Assembly (NCBI RefSeq): GCF_006345805.1
Contig: NC_042998.1
Location: 133,176,001 to 133,240,000, forward strand
Origin: Octopus sinensis
Taxonomy: Eukaryota
Direction: 5' to 3'
DNA length: 64,000 nt
The translations under genes were made by a program, and so were the position numbers. The notes below the pieces were generated by a model, which saw only the letters and a list, made by a program, of their open reading frames with translations, was not told the DNA's origin and did no database searches. Below are positions 14,270 to 28,455 of the stretch, piece by piece (position 1 is the first letter of the stretch; each line of letters begins with the position of its first letter).

Positions 14270-14652
14270 CAGGGGTAGAAATTTTGGGGGAGGGGATGAG
14301 TCGGTTACATAGACTTCAGTGTTCAACTGGTACTTACTTATTTTATAGACCTGAAAAGGAGGAAAAGCAAAGTCGACCATGGCAGAATTTGAACTCAGAA
14401 CGTAGCGACGGGAGAAATATCTATTTCTTTACTACCCACAAGGGGCTAAACACAGAGAGGACAAACAAGGACAGACAAACGGATTAAGTCGATTATATCG
14501 ACCCCAGCGCGTAACTGGTACTTATTTAATCGAACCCGAAAGGATGAAAGGCAAAGTCGACCTCGACGGAATTTGAACTCAGAACGTAACGGCAGACGAA
14601 ATACCGCCAAGCATTTCACCCGGCGTTCTAACAATTCTGCCAGCTCACCGCT
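14270..14652 (-). mobile_element. SINE family B (14422-14652) nested in or adjacent to an older B-like copy (14270-14416)
   Basis: tRNA-like head gcggtgagctggcagaattgttag, then gttctgagttcaaattccg, cctttcatcctttc and tail ccccttgtgggtagtaaagaaata. The motif aaagtcgacc...aatttgaactcagaacgta occurs twice. Confidence 0.85.
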
Positions 14653-14799
14653 TTCACAACAACAACAACAATAATAATAATAATTTGTTTTAATAGCCTG
14701 AAGGGCTTCGAAAGACATTTAGGACAATACACAAATAAAAGAAAGTGGGCATTTCCATTGAGAATGTGTAAACGATGAATTACAATTCGCCAATAAAAA

Positions 14800-15760
14800 A
14801 AAAATCTCGTAATAAATTTCCCGGGAGGGAAACGTTACCCAGTGGCAACCAAGGCAACCCACAGAACCCGAGTCACCCTACTCACCAGGAGTACATTGGC
14901 TCTACTCCTCACTTCTCAACCTACAGTCGCCAGTTTGGAGAGGGTTCGCTCACTCAGGCCATTCATTCAGCTTCCAACAAATCTATTAGGATGGTGTGCA
15001 ACACATCCCTCTCAACTCTCACCTTCATTTTCAAATGAAATTTTAAAAAGTCAATGAGAGCTTAGTCAAAGAGAAAAATGTCTGTCTACAGCCATTTCAG
15101 TCTCGTCAACCATACAACCTCTTTCGCCATAACCACTAGACAAAAAAAAAAACTACCGGCTCCTCTACCAAAAGAAGACCAATAGCCGGATCCTTCTTAC
15201 AGGTGACAGCTGTTATTCGACATAACCCAACAAGTCAGTAATGCTTGAGTACAGTACGAGCGTGTGCAGGGCAGTTCCCTCGCTCTGCGCACGTTTCTAG
15301 CAAGTATGTTTGGCAGTACTATCATACCCGTGGAGTTTATACCAAACTGGCAATGTACCCCGGTAGCACCACCAGACAAGGGAATTATAAAAAAATTATT
15401 TATAAGCTCTGGCACGCAAGTCTGCCGGACCAAACCAGACAGTTGATTCACACTGACGTTCGAATTTTTTTCTCCTAGGACGCCGTTGTTTTTACCCACT
15501 ACTAATTCTCTAGAGGGCGTCATGGTGGAACATTCATTGGCTTCATGTCCGATCTGCAATGAGCTATAAGTACCTGAAGGCATTCAAGGCACCATGTACC
15601 CTGCATTGATGTACGCTTGATCCAGCGTGTCTCGGTGCTTTTAGACGTCGGGTTTAATTCGACTCACAACGATAGACCCCCCACGTCGTCCGTGCGTTAA
15701 CTACCAAAACCTCACAGAGGCGACGATTTGCTGTTCAGAGAGCGCGGACGGTGCTTGGTT
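14800..15760 (-). mobile_element. L1/Tx1-like ORF2 3' fragment
   Basis: Minus strand gives RELVVGKNNGVLG and SLVWWCYRGTLPVWYKLH, and nucleotide identity (gcgaaagaggt..gacgagactgaaa..gacttttt.aa.ttca.ttgaaaa) with 18825-18930. Confidence 0.75.
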
Positions 15761-17499
15761 GATTTCGCCGCCATCCCAGTGTACGATTGCTTGTCCATTG
15801 GAAGTCATTCACAACACTGTCGTCATTACGCTGCTACTGATCACGCTGCTGCTGCTGTTGTTGTAGCTGTTGTTGCTGTTGTTGTTGTTGTTGTTGTTGT
15901 TACTGCTGCTGCTGTCGCTCTTCTCGCCACTGTTGTTGCTATAACTGCTAACTTCTGCAGCGTTTTTGGAAGTGATAGTAGTACACTTGATCTTGTTTAT
16001 TATTTCTTTCTATTGTAACAAGGGCTATTGTTGTTGTAGCTGTTGGCGATGTCGTAGTCGGCAGCGACACTGTCATTGTTCTCTTTAGTTAGTATGCTGT
16101 TGTTGTAACTGTCCTTCTAAATTTTTTTCGTTGCTATTGTTGCTTCTGACCACTCATCACAGTAGCAGAATATAACGTTTGAAAGATTGTACTCCGAGGA
16201 AGGGAAAAATCTTTGTTCATTGAACGACTGAACGCAAGAGACTCAAGGGTAGATCCCACACTCTCAAAATCACCGCCGTTCACCTCTTCTCCTTCCAACT
16301 TGCTGCCCATGGAAGAGACAACCATCTTTTAAATTTGTTTTTTCTTAAACAAAAATCTCCAATTTTTTTAAATTCACGGCAAGTTAATCAGTCCATCGGG
16401 CTCTGGGATAGCTTAAAAATGGTATATAGCATATATCGGCAATGAAAATGTGTCTAGGTATATGGATAAGCAAAGAAACTTAACGGAAAGTGTTCGAGTA
16501 CATGTTGCTAAAACAATGAAGAACAGCAACAATGATAATAACTGTAATATAATATCTTATCAATATTACTTATTTTATATAAGTGCTACTGTCATTACTT
16601 GAGCTGATCGAATGAGTAAATCTCATTCCTGTAATGTGGGCTCTTACGCAAGAAGTCATTATTAAAATCATATTCGTGTTTGCATTTATTCTTTCTATTT
16701 AGTATAATATTGCTGCGTATTGGGTGTTAGCAAAGAAACTAAAGTTCATTTATATATTTACCCTTCGAAAGCTGATATTTGATTTTCACTGTGTATGTGT
16801 ATGTCAGTTTGTTTGTTTATGGGGACAGAGTATACATGTAAAGCAACTATTGACTGCAGAGTCATATTTGTTATTCTAGTTATTTTCATCTGTCCCTTTG
16901 GTTTTTGGGGTTTTTTTCTTCTGTAGTTTTTCTTATGTATACTTTGTAAAAATACATTTTGTTGCATAAACGGGTATTTGCTTTCTTTTTCCATTATCGT
17001 CTTACTTTTCTTTGCTACTCCATGATAATATTCCCTTGCCGCAAGATCTACAACGATGTCCCAATAGGTGAAAATTGGTGGAGATGCTAGAGTATCGGTT
17101 AGAATGCTTTGTGCTTATTCGTTTTGTTGCTCTGCACTTTGAGCTGAAAATCCCGCCGAAGCTCATTTTGCCTCTTATAATTTCCTGATCGATAAATAAA
17201 GTATCTTAACTAGGAGGGGTTCCTTACTTTTTCTCTGGAAGACATCGGCTCTAATTGAGCCTAACGTGGAAAGAATTTCGTTAATGACGGCGCCACTACA
17301 TCTTCACTCGGAGTTGAAGAACGAAAGAAAGATAATTTTTTATCTTCTCTTTCTATGTATTTTTCTTTAGATTTTGAAATCCACTTTCCTTCTTTTACTC
17401 AAGATTATATTTCTACATGAAACAGTACATCCAAACTTATGCGAATTTTCCTCTATATAAATATTTTTGATTTTTCTATTTCCTTTTCTTTTTTCTTTT

Positions 17500-18019
17500 T
17501 TTTTCCCGATACATGGATGAATGTCCCGTATAATCCCTTTTATGTTCTTGGTCTTACAAACACTCCTGCATCAAGTGTCCTCCCCAGTCTGTTTGGATGG
17601 AGAAATCCCAGAGGACTTTGCAGGTTTCCGACTCCGCCACTTTCTGTGGTTTGCGCTCATAACATGTCTTGCCCCCACTTTTCTCAAAGTTTCCAAAGTA
17701 TCACTTTCGCTACCTCTCCGTGTCGTCACAACCGTTTTGGGCAAGTCGAAGGCATTCGTTCACGATATGGGCAATGCTTTCGTCAAAGCTGTAACAGATT
17801 TGGCACCGTGGAGACACTTGCTCATTCCTAAGGTTGACGCTCCAATTTGTGGTACTGGGCTACCAGTATAGAGCGCTGGGCCTTTTTTCAGCGGTCCTTT
17901 CTTCAATCATCTATGTTTTCCAACAACTTCAATTGTGGCTACATAGAATTGATTGTGTAGTACTTGTAGCATTCATTCTCAAGAGCTTGTACAGTGCTTT
18001 ATCTTGGCAATCTTCCATC

Positions 18020-18020
<1 letters not shown>
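17500..18020 (-). mobile_element. R4/Dong-like (REL-endonuclease) LINE fragment
   Basis: Minus strand gives CQICYSFDESIAHIVNECLRLAQ (CCHC) and YERKPQKVAESETCKVLWDFSIQTD. The 5' side abuts a (TAG)n run at 18020-18052. Confidence 0.8.
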
Positions 18021-18052
<32 letters not shown>

Positions 18053-18289
18053 TTTTCATTAGCATCTTTCAATTCTGTTTCCATTTCTTGCCGAGTGTCT
18101 TCCTGACACCTAGGACAGAGAAACGTGCTGTATACATTGGTTGGCCATTAAAATAAACAAACCAGATTGCTCATTTACGAAGTTATGTGATAGAGAAAAA
18201 GGAAACATAAAAAATAAAAAAGTAAACAAAAAAAGTAAAGGGAGAAAAAAAAACGAAAGAAAATTCACAGCGGCAATGCTCTTCTCAAT

Positions 18290-19302
18290 ACGAGGCACGT
18301 ACCAGGTAAGACAATCTTTTACACTTCCTGCATTTCCTGCATGGATGGTAAGCCATGGACCATTCTTGAATAATTTTTAACGCGGTCGGTGGAAGTTCCA
18401 CCACGGAGTTCTATAGGAGATTAGTGGAGGAAAAAAACGATGACGTACTCGGAGCAACTCAGGGCGTCGAAAGGGATCAACTAACTGTTTTTTCCGGAGG
18501 AATCTCGGATCAGGACCTATGAATAACTTCCAGAAATACCTGGCCTGGCAGTGCTACCGGAGAGCTCTGCCGGTTCGAGACAAGCTGTACAGACATGGAA
18601 GTGCAGTCAGATGGACATGTCCGAGGTGTGCGCAGGGCGATGAAACCGTCCTGCATGCACTCGTCCAGTGTCCGTGAATTACTGACTCGTGGAGCTTTAT
18701 CGAACAGCTGTTTTCACGTGTAAGACGTGACCGGTTATCAGCAGAGTCCATTGTGAGGATCGCCCCGCGCGCCTTCTTTTGGTCGGCAGGGTAAGGCACT
18801 TTACCTCTGCCTGGTTGCTATAGCGAAAGAGGTAATGTGGTGAACGAGACTGAAACGAATGAAGACAGACACTTTTCTGTTCGGCCGATCCCTCATCGAC
18901 TTTTTCAAGTTCAACTTGAAAAGGAAAATGAGGGTAGAGAAGAAAGTACTGCCCCCCAGTAAGTTTGTTAAAAGGTGGGTGGATGTTGTGAAAATGACTC
19001 GCGTGGATGGGCCTACTCTCTCTGAATATTTTTTTTGTAAACCGGAGCAATTGAGCAGAAGATGGTGTCTACTTGGCGTGCCCTTGGCAGTTGGGATGAC
19101 CAGGATGTATGTGGTGCCTGGTTGGCCCTGGATGGAACTCCCCCTATTGGGGAATTTTGTTGTTTTATTTTTGTTGTTGTTAACTGTTTTTGTTTTATTT
19201 TCATTGTTTACACGTTTTGTGTTTTTAATCCCATTTGTCCCTTGTTTCTTGTATTGTCCCTACGTGTTTTTGTGTACGGCCTTAGTAGTCAATAAAGAAA
19301 GG
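18290..19302 (+). mobile_element. L1/Tx1-like 3' end with 3'UTR, AATAAA and (ATT)n tail
   Basis: FQKYLAWQCYRRALPVRDKLYRHG..TCPRCAQGDETVLHALVQC. AATAAA at 19291-19296, (ATT)n from 19303. Confidence 0.85.
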
Positions 19303-19356
<54 letters not shown>

Positions 19357-19399
19357 GTTGCTGTTGTTGTATGTCTAGTGGTATTTCATCTATCTTAAG

Positions 19400-19541
19400 T
19401 TTCTGTGGTTAAAAAACTGAAGTTGACTTTGCTTTCATCCTTTTGGGGTCGATAAATTAAGCACCAATGACACACTGGAGGCGATGTAATCGACTAGTTC
19501 CCTCACACCAAATTTCAGGCCTTGTGCCTATAGCAGAGAAA

Positions 19542-19545
<4 letters not shown>
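19400..19545 (+). mobile_element. SINE family B, 3' part with (ATT)n tail
   Basis: gttgactttgctttcatcc..ggggtcgataaattaagcacca..cactgg..gatgtaatcgac..caggccttgtgcct then (ATT)n. Confidence 0.75.
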
Positions 19546-19604
<59 letters not shown>

Positions 19605-21148
19605 CTCATTAAAACGGTCAAGCGATAGTATTGAATTGAATTCCTTGTCGTATTTCCATGCTTTTTTCATTCCCAATTTAAATACAATCGATTAAAATAA
19701 ACAGTAATGTGTATTAATATAAACAAGAAGTCATAATTATGAATACTCTTACCAAGTTGGATTAGAAGAGAATATAGAACGCAATAGAATATACTTTCAT
19801 TTATCAAAAGTCTTTACATCTTGAATTTCATATCTGCTGGTGTTGTGTTTACTATTCATGTCATCGGTTGGAAAAAAGTAATAAACCCCATTTTTGTTGT
19901 TTAGTTACCAATGAGCCCTCATCGAAGAAATCTATAACCAAAACTGTTTCTCCCACGAAAAGACCACTTTTTTTTTCTTTTATGTATCAGCGACAAGACT
20001 TTTCAATGACTCCTTCCGTTTTGATTACGTAAGGTATAATTAGAGGAAAATATGGCTAATGTTTTTAAAAGGGAGAATGACTACGGAGAGGTGATTACAT
20101 CAGTTCTCATTATCCCCTAACATATTCCACGCCATAAGAAATTACTTTTGTTTCACTTTCAACATCCTGGAGGTCTTTGTCCCCTCTACATTTCCGTTAA
20201 TCTTTTGATCAACTATGCATGAAACAACTAATCAACCAATTAAAAATAGCAATGATTGTTTTGCTTTTCAATACGAGCACCACCATCTTTAAGAAAAGAT
20301 GCTCTGAGCCATTCAATAAGGCGATCTATGACAAACTACCTGATTAAAAGTTGATACCCATAGCAAGATTTCTACCCCACTTCATTTTTCAATTGCTTAT
20401 ATAGTACCGTAATATCGGTTTCAAATTTTGGCACCAGGCCAGCAAGCGACTCCAGTACTAAACTGGTACTTATTTTATTGACAGAATTCGAACACATAAT
20501 GTAAAGACGAAATGCTGCTAAATATTTTGCCCGTTGTACTAACGATTCTGCCAGATCGCCGCAGAGATATGGTACTGTCATATTGCTTTCATGGAGTACA
20601 GTGTGTCTTGGACATTTTAAACTTGGAGAATGCCATCTCATACGAGGTGAGATCACCACCACTGATTTCGTCCACAAAGAAATACAGAACAAAAGAAAGA
20701 AATGAGGGACCGAACTTAACAACAAGGTGATACTTTATTTATCAAAGTTGGAAATACCAAAGACAGGGACGGCGAAGACGGAATTTGAATTTGGTCTGCA
20801 GAAAGTCAAAATGAATACTGTAAAGCTTTCTATTGGGCACTTTCGAGCAACTCCTCCACTTGGTAGACTTATGGAACAGGCAAAGAATGAGCTTAATCAG
20901 AGCTTAACCCCAACAAGAGTGGCTTGGGTGTTAACAACAACAATAAACCAAAGAAAACAATGGCCAGTAAGTCCGCCTATATTCCTTTATGATTTTGCCT
21001 TAATATTTTCACTTCATTTCTGCACTCCTCTTATTTGATCTTAACTGACAATACGTCTATGTGTACGCATGTGTGCATGTATACGTGAGTTTCTGTGGGT
21101 GAGCATATGCGAGTGTTCGTGTATGTATGGGTGAACGTGCGTGCGTGT

Positions 21149-21187
<39 letters not shown>

Positions 21188-21428
21188 CGTGCGTGCGTGT
21201 GTGTGTAATGTATGCTCACTTGACATGTTTGAATTAAAAACATCTACCGTTAGTATTTCAATATTCTATGAGTCTTGTAAACAGCTACAGAAACAGCAAG
21301 CAGCGTCCACCACCGACACCCACACCACTCTATGAAGATCATCAGCATCGTTATCATCAGTAGCATTATGACTAAGAGATTTATATACACTCATACATGC
21401 ATGCACACGCACGCACACACCACACACA

Positions 21429-21459
<31 letters not shown>

Positions 21460-21527
21460 CACCACACACACAAACTCTTACAAAAGACACGCCCGCATAT
21501 ATGTACGAGTGCACTTGCGTAAATATG

Positions 21528-21588
<61 letters not shown>

Positions 21589-21718
21589 CTATATTTATCT
21601 ATCTATAGCTATATCTATATATACATATGCGTATTCTGTGTATGTATATATATTTACACACACAGACACACACACATATATATATATATGTCTGTGTATA
21701 TATATATATATATATATA

Positions 21719-21954
21719 CAGGATGGTCCAAAAGTAGGTTTATAGTTATCACGCAGGTACTTCAAATGTTTTTAAAATCTTTTTTCTTACATATAAATTT
21801 CTATCTTACAAATTGAAAAGGGAGCTTGACAAAATTTACTAAATTAGCATAGAATAATGGTTTCATATGTTTTTGTAATTAAGATCTAAACTGTTAATAT
21901 ATGAATGCGAAAGAGATAGTTGAATAACTATAAACATAATTTTGGGCCACCCTG
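21719..21954. mobile_element. Tc1/mariner-type MITE, 236 bp, TA TSD
   Basis: Left CAGGATGGTCCAAAAGTAGGTTTATAGTTAT versus reverse complement of the right end CAGGGTGGCCCAAAATTATGTTTATAGTTAT. TA at 21717-18 and 21955-56. Confidence 0.85.
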
Positions 21955-21966
21955 TATGTATATATA

Positions 21967-22031
<65 letters not shown>

Positions 22032-22169
22032 TATACACATTGAATTCGTCCTTAGTCGAAAGACTCCTGTTGTTAAGTCCTGTTATTTGTATTGTGTAAT
22101 ATTCTCCTTTTTTTCCGTCCTTGTTTTCGATGGGTCAGGGCCAATACGCATTTTAATTTGCGTATACCT

Positions 22170-22435
22170 TTCAATCCAATACTTCTTTGCAGACTATGTT
22201 CTTTCTGTAAGTTCTCTATCCTTGTTTGTCAATTTTGATAACTTCAACTCACAGATAATTTGCGAGCCCTTGACAACGCAATATATAGCTGACCATGGCC
22301 GAATACAGGTTTAGGTAACAGCTCCACTTTATCAAATGTCTGCCCTTGTGATTTATTGAGAGTCATTGCATATGTCAAGCGAACAGGAAACTGGTTTCTT
22401 TCTAAAGTGAATGGCAAGTTTGGGATGCTCATGCG
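22170..22435 (-). mobile_element. Helitron RepHel helicase C-terminal fragment
   Basis: [39 protein letters not shown] (PIF1-like motifs), then frameshifted KNIVCKEVLD-stop. Confidence 0.8.
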
Positions 22436-22949
22436 TTAAGTGATAGGTGATATAAAAAACTTTTATAAATTACTTTGCACTCACCATCGCCACCTCCACA
22501 ACCATCACCACCATCATCTCTCTCTCTCTCTCGCGCGCGCGTGCTCTCTGTGCGTTTCTTTAATCTCACCATCAGAACGTCACCCCTCTGCTAAAATTAT
22601 ATCCCTAACTCTCTTTTATATCATTACCATCAACTAACATTTTTAACCACGTGTAATAAATATTACATTCCCCCTACCACATCTAATGGACACTTCTCTC
22701 CCCGTCGTGTCTCTCTTCTTCTTTTTCTTTCTCTCACTTTCTGCCTCACTCTTCGCCTTATCCTCTTTCTCTCTCTCTCTTTTCTTTCTTGGTCTTTTTC
22801 TCTAATCACGTGTAAGTGTTACCGACAAGGGCTTAGTAACGTAATGACAAGCAGAATTATTATAAGATGTTGGAACAGTGACGATCACATTGAACGTAAT
22901 ACACCCATTCAAGCGAAAGCTAAAACTTTAAATGATGATTTACAGAAAG

Positions 22950-23260
22950 AGGAAACTGAAAATTCTACCAACTAAAGACTAATTTTTAAAGTGTGTCAAG
23001 GACTCTGGGACTTTCAAAATGTGCATACCTGCTAGGGCTTTTATTTCTAATTTAAAAAGTAGCACCAACTTTTAAGCTTCCAAACATCTGATACTTCTTG
23101 TGGGAAGAAGAGGTTGCTTGTAATATGAAGTTAAAGCCACTACTTGTGTATCAATCACAAAAACTAAAGTTTTTCAATGACTATATTGATTTTTATCTAC
23201 TTATGATTTGGTGTTTAAATATAAAAAAAGGGCTCAGGTGGCTGCTAGGTTTTTCCAAGA
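22950..23260 (+). mobile_element. pogo/Tigger-like transposase fragment (decayed)
   Basis: MKLKPLLVYQSQKLKFF...LLMIW resembles the Tigger GDxKLKPLLIYxSxNPR..LPVxW stretch. Upstream PARAFIS..KVAPTFK-like sequence. Confidence 0.55.
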
Positions 23261-24179
23261 CTAGTTTGAACATTTTTGCATTGCTGTAAAAATGTACACT
23301 ACCAAATGTAGTATGTCCTACAAATATTGCTTCTTTCAAGAATTGCACCGAGTCACCCATTGTACAGATGAAGTTTTTGATACTGTAAAAGGGACATACT
23401 GCTCCCAAAATTAGCTTATGTGCTCCAGTCAATAGATAAGGTCAGCGAATGCCTGCATAAATATTTAGCTATTTGAGACAAGAAAAATGTTGGAGGGTAG
23501 TTATTTTGGAATATAATTATTAGTAGTTAGGTGAAGGCTAAGCTTTATGCAATAAAGAAGTTTAATTAAATAAGCAAAAACATTGCTAATTAATTAAACT
23601 AATGGCTATTTAGAAAGATTTACAGAGATTTGATCAACTTAAAATTTAGGATAAGAAGTACAATGCGAAGTTTAGGGCTTAATTTGCATCATAACATAGA
23701 CCATACGTAAATATATATACCTAATATATATCTTTGTATATGTATAAATCTGTGTACTTTCCTTGTGTTTAAATCATGAGCTAAAATTATTTTACATTTC
23801 CATCGATTTATTTCCCTTGTGAATTTAAAAAGCAAGAAAAAACTCAAGCGACATAATAGCTTTCTTTTCAGTGTTATCGAGTTGTTTGTTTACATTTTTA
23901 AGTTTCTTTGCAATTTTCATCATTTCTGCGAAATTATAAAAAATAACTCACATTGCAATAAAGCTGGTTATCTTGCTTATTGTAACCATGCGATTTAACA
24001 GTGGCTGTAGTTATGGTGATCTCAATAACAGCGTCTCCACAGAGTGTTTTGAAAGTAGATTTAACCTGACGATGAACATTTATTATCGCTGTAGGTGTTC
24101 GTTTTCATACTGGTGTCTCTAATGGTAGAAAATCGTTTAAATGAACATTCTTAAATTCAGTTACTTATGCATAGTCTCC

Positions 24180-24430
24180 AGTGGTCAAGCAGTCCAGCAA
24201 AGAAACATGCACTAATGTCACGAAGTATTCGCTAAGCTAAAGAATAGTGGAGCAAATTGTAAATGGCGACTACACTGATAAATACGAAGATAAAGCAGTT
24301 TAGCATATTCTATTTATGTATGCAACTGTTCATATTACTGTCTGCACAGTTGCACATTACAACTCAGCAAATACTTTTCCATAACACAACAACCCATGGG
24401 GAGTCATTGCTCACATTGAATTTTCATCCC
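24180..24430 (+). mobile_element. Possible highly decayed hAT transposase remnant
   Basis: Weak resemblance only (KETCTNVTKYSLS.RIV; ..IAH.LNF) to hAT DE(S/T)TD and CxxHxLNL regions. Confidence 0.25.
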
Positions 24431-24888
24431 GGAGGAATTAAAATCAATTATGAAGATTGACAAAATTCTATTAAAATTCAGAGTTGCTTATTAATTCATA
24501 GACAGTCATCTAACTGTGCACATTGAACATACACCTGGGTAAAGCAGTGTAAGCATAATGTCACTTAAGACATATCTTATTTTGCTACGGTTTTGCCGTA
24601 TTTAATCTTAAGCTAATTCAGTGTAAGAATTTTTGAAGAGTTGGATGTCATGTGAAAGATAATCACAAAATGATGCGTTTGAGGTCAAGTGAAGCTTTAC
24701 GTGGATAACTGAGACTGCACTATAGGGAAGAACGTGAGATAGACTGGCTTATATTAAGTTTAATCCGTTTGAAATACTTTAACGAATTAAAACTAGAAAG
24801 CAACAATATTAAACATAGCTTAAGAAAAATCGAATCTCGGTAAACTATGGTTACATACATACGCACACATAAATACATACATACATGC

Positions 24889-24985
<97 letters not shown>

Positions 24986-26589
24986 TGTGTGTGTGTGTGT
25001 ATCTATATATATATATATATATGTTATAGAGCAACGGAACATTCAAATTATTTTATTCAAAAATATTTCTTCCTCTTTTCTAGAGATGCAATTGCATAGT
25101 GTAAAAAGCAGTGTTAGCTGTTTATGAACACACACAATCTATCATATTCATTTGTATGTAATTTCTTTGGGAATCTAGAGATTATATAAATGGTCCTGCA
25201 GTCGATGTGGGATGATAATTTTTGTACCTCAAGAAATAAATTTAACGTGAATAGAACATATTTTATGAGTTGTGAAATGGATAAGAGGACTCTTTCATGA
25301 TATAGCTACTAAATTATACTGACTTCTTAATTGAGGAAATGACAGAAAACAGTTGTTATTTAGCTGTGGTCATACTGTCTCAAAGTATTGTATCCAGAAT
25401 TAAATTATCTTTCTGATTACATTGTCTTTTCTTTTTTAAGGAAGACTGAATGCAAATTGTGTGGAAGAGTCGGTTGCTAATTTAGGAGACTGAAGGACTG
25501 CATAGAGGCCATCTTGTTGATTTCTTTGAAAGTCAGTTGCAGCAGTTTACCCTTAAGATTAATCGGGACCGATTAAAGACCAGTTATCTAAGGCACGTGA
25601 GCACCCTCTTTGTTTTAAATGTAGTTCATCTAAGACATTTCTGAAGGCTGCAAAGTGTAAAAGGAAGGAAATCTTGATGCTATGTGATGTAGGCCTAACT
25701 ACCGAGCAGAGCCTCCGCTATTGTTTCGGTTATGAACCAGATAAATATTCGATAATTCCCAACCCCACAAAATATCAAACTGCATAGTGGGGCCTCAGTT
25801 TGTTCTATGATGAGAAGCCATCATAAGATGTTCGAGCGCAACCATAGCTCCACTCATTGTAAACAACAACAAAAAAATTGATTCTAAGAATCGAACTCTG
25901 TGGTCAAAGAAAGAGAGCTTTGAGGCTACACTCATATAGATTTGTTATAGTGGCGCAGGCCATACGTTTGAAGTGTTGCATATAATTTCATTGGGGTTAA
26001 TTAAAAGCCGCTTTGCACATATAAGCGGATAGTTTCAACAGTGAAAACTAGAGACCGAATGAATGAAAAGAAGAAATAAATTAGTTGAAAAACAAGAAAG
26101 ACAAAGAGCTAAGAAGGAAGAGAGAATGGAAGCAAAGAAAGAAACAAACAAACAAAAATTATAAGAAAAGAAACAAAAATGATAAATTATTAGAAGTCAT
26201 ATTGCCATACAAAAATATGAGGAATGAAAAAGAAAAACAAAGTGAAAATGAATACAAGTGAGAAAGAGAGAGAGAGAAAAAATAAAGAAATGAAGCCAGA
26301 AACAATAAGAAATATAGGTAATCAAAATATTTATGTGTAACTTGTACTCGATAAACAACTTCATTGGTATTTATTCAGAATGTAAGAGCCCCTTCTCACT
26401 CCCACACTTTCTTTCTCTTAATTCTTTTATTACTGATACTTCTACTTATACTCCCATAAATCTCCATGAGACCAAGGTATTCCTTTTATTACGAACAAAG
26501 TGATTCCTTTCTCATTCTCTTTCTCTCTATACGTATAAATATGCATTCACACATATACACAAGCACACACACACACACGCGAATATGCA

Positions 26590-26654
<65 letters not shown>

Positions 26655-26681
26655 ATATATATATCCAAATTGAGAGAAAGG

Positions 26682-26755
26682 TAAAATCCAGGCTCCATAT
26701 TTCCTAGCTAGCCAGAGGATCTGCTAGCAAGGAACCATATATAGCCTGGATTTTA
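26682..26755. other. 74-nt imperfect hairpin in unique sequence
   Basis: TAAAATCCAGGCT pairs with AGCCTGGATTTTA (13 bp). TTCCTAGCTAGC pairs with GCTAGCAAGGAA (11/12). Confidence 0.8.
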
Positions 26756-27512
26756 TTTGTTCCACGTCCTCAGTTTAGATTTTTATTCGCATTCATAGCA
26801 AATCTAACTGCTAACTGTGAGCTATACAAAACTTTTTCAGCTTATCAAACTTCGATATGGGAAATGCCTTCAGCCTTGGACGCCAATAACATATTATTGT
26901 TCCTGAACGTTATTTTTTTAATAGATAGATAGATCCATCCGGAGCTATAGTAGAAGACACTGACCCAAGGCTCCATTCGAAACCATACGGTTATGAAGCA
27001 AATTTCTTTTCACACAGCTACACCTGCACCATCGTAAATGTGTGTGTGTGTATGTGTGTGTGTGTGTGTGTGTGTATTTATGCACGTATGTAGACTTTTT
27101 CGGATTGCGGTTTAATCACCGAGGGCCAGATTATGTAGGAGATTCTATTGGGTTATATGTAACCAGTAACACTAAGGATAACTCTCCAACTGCATACACT
27201 GTTCAGTGAGGGGGGACTGGGTATGTGCAAGGTGTTTTTCTCACTTTAAAAACCTTTAAGAACATACATCGCTTGATTTTCGAAATATGGATCTCGGTTA
27301 GAATTTCCAATCAAGCGTATTCAGCTGTTTGATCAATTATGCTGACAAGTTCATTGAATTAATGTTTATATAATTAAGCATTCCTCAGGTACACATATCC
27401 TTAATGAAATTCTTGGACAGAATCACCATCACACACTCAAGGACAGCCTTCTTGAATTACAAGCATAATCCATCTAACCTTCTTCTACAAAATTTCTGAC
27501 TCTCTCTTTTCT

Positions 27513-27717
27513 CTCTTTTACTCGTTTCAGTCATTTGACTGCGGCCATGCTAGAGCACCGCCTTTAGTCGAGCAACTCGACCCCGGGACTTATTCTTTTT
27601 TTATAAGCCCAGTACTTATTCTATCGGTCTCTTTTGCCGAACCGCTATGTAACGGGGACATAAACACACCAGCATCGGTGTCAAGCAATGCTAGGGGGAC
27701 AAACACAAACACGCATA

Positions 27718-27785
<68 letters not shown>

Positions 27786-27840
27786 CATATATACGACGGG
27801 CTTCTTTTCAGTTTCCGTCTACCAAATCCACTCACAAGGC
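27513..27840 (-). mobile_element. SINE family A, 5'-truncated, with expanded internal (TA)n
   Basis: Matches 52927-53210, with a long (TA)n at ~27715-27790 between the two halves. Confidence 0.9.
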
Positions 27841-27977
27841 ATACTTATGAAGTATGACTGGACCTGAGGATATAGAAATGATATGTATCCAAAATACCCT
27901 AGAACAGCAACAGGGACTGCATGACGAACGAACATCTTAGTAATCGGCCAACCTGGATCTATCTATCTATCTATCTA

Positions 27978-28009
<32 letters not shown>

Positions 28010-28058
28010 GATCTATCTATCTATCTATCTATATATATAATATATATATATATATATA

Positions 28059-28140
<82 letters not shown>

Positions 28141-28297
28141 TATACAAATATATATGTATATATATACATACATATATATGTGTATATATATACATACATA
28201 TATATATGTATATGTATATCTATTATCTATCTATCTATCACTATATACATATCATATATATATATATATATAATATATATATATATATATACATATA

Positions 28298-28455
28298 TTA
28301 CTCTTTACTCTTTTACTTGTTTCAGCCATTTGACTGCGGCCATGCTGGAGCACCGCCTTTTTTAATCGAGCAACTCGACCCTGGGACTTATTCTTTTGTA
28401 AGCCCAGTACTTATTCTATCGGTCTCTTTTGCCGAACCGCTAAGTAACGGGGACA
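28298..28455 (-). mobile_element. SINE family A, 3' tail fragment
   Basis: ttactcttttacttgtttcagccatttgactgcggccatgctggagcaccgcc...gccgaaccgctaagtaacgggg. Confidence 0.9.

Noticed and set aside
15520-15570. Apparent gag-type zinc knuckle (QIGHEANEC) in ORF 15197-15583
   Set aside because: It aligns to the non-knuckle ORF2 region of the other Tx1-like copies (GGSSTTEFYR), so it is coincidental.
16134-16325. 63-aa minus-strand ORF with ordinary composition
   Set aside because: No recognisable motif or convincing splice sites, and the length is within chance expectation.
17006-17143. 138-bp minus-strand exon candidate (GTAAGA donor, open frame with CRSC)
   Set aside because: Weak polypyrimidine tract and no recognisable product.
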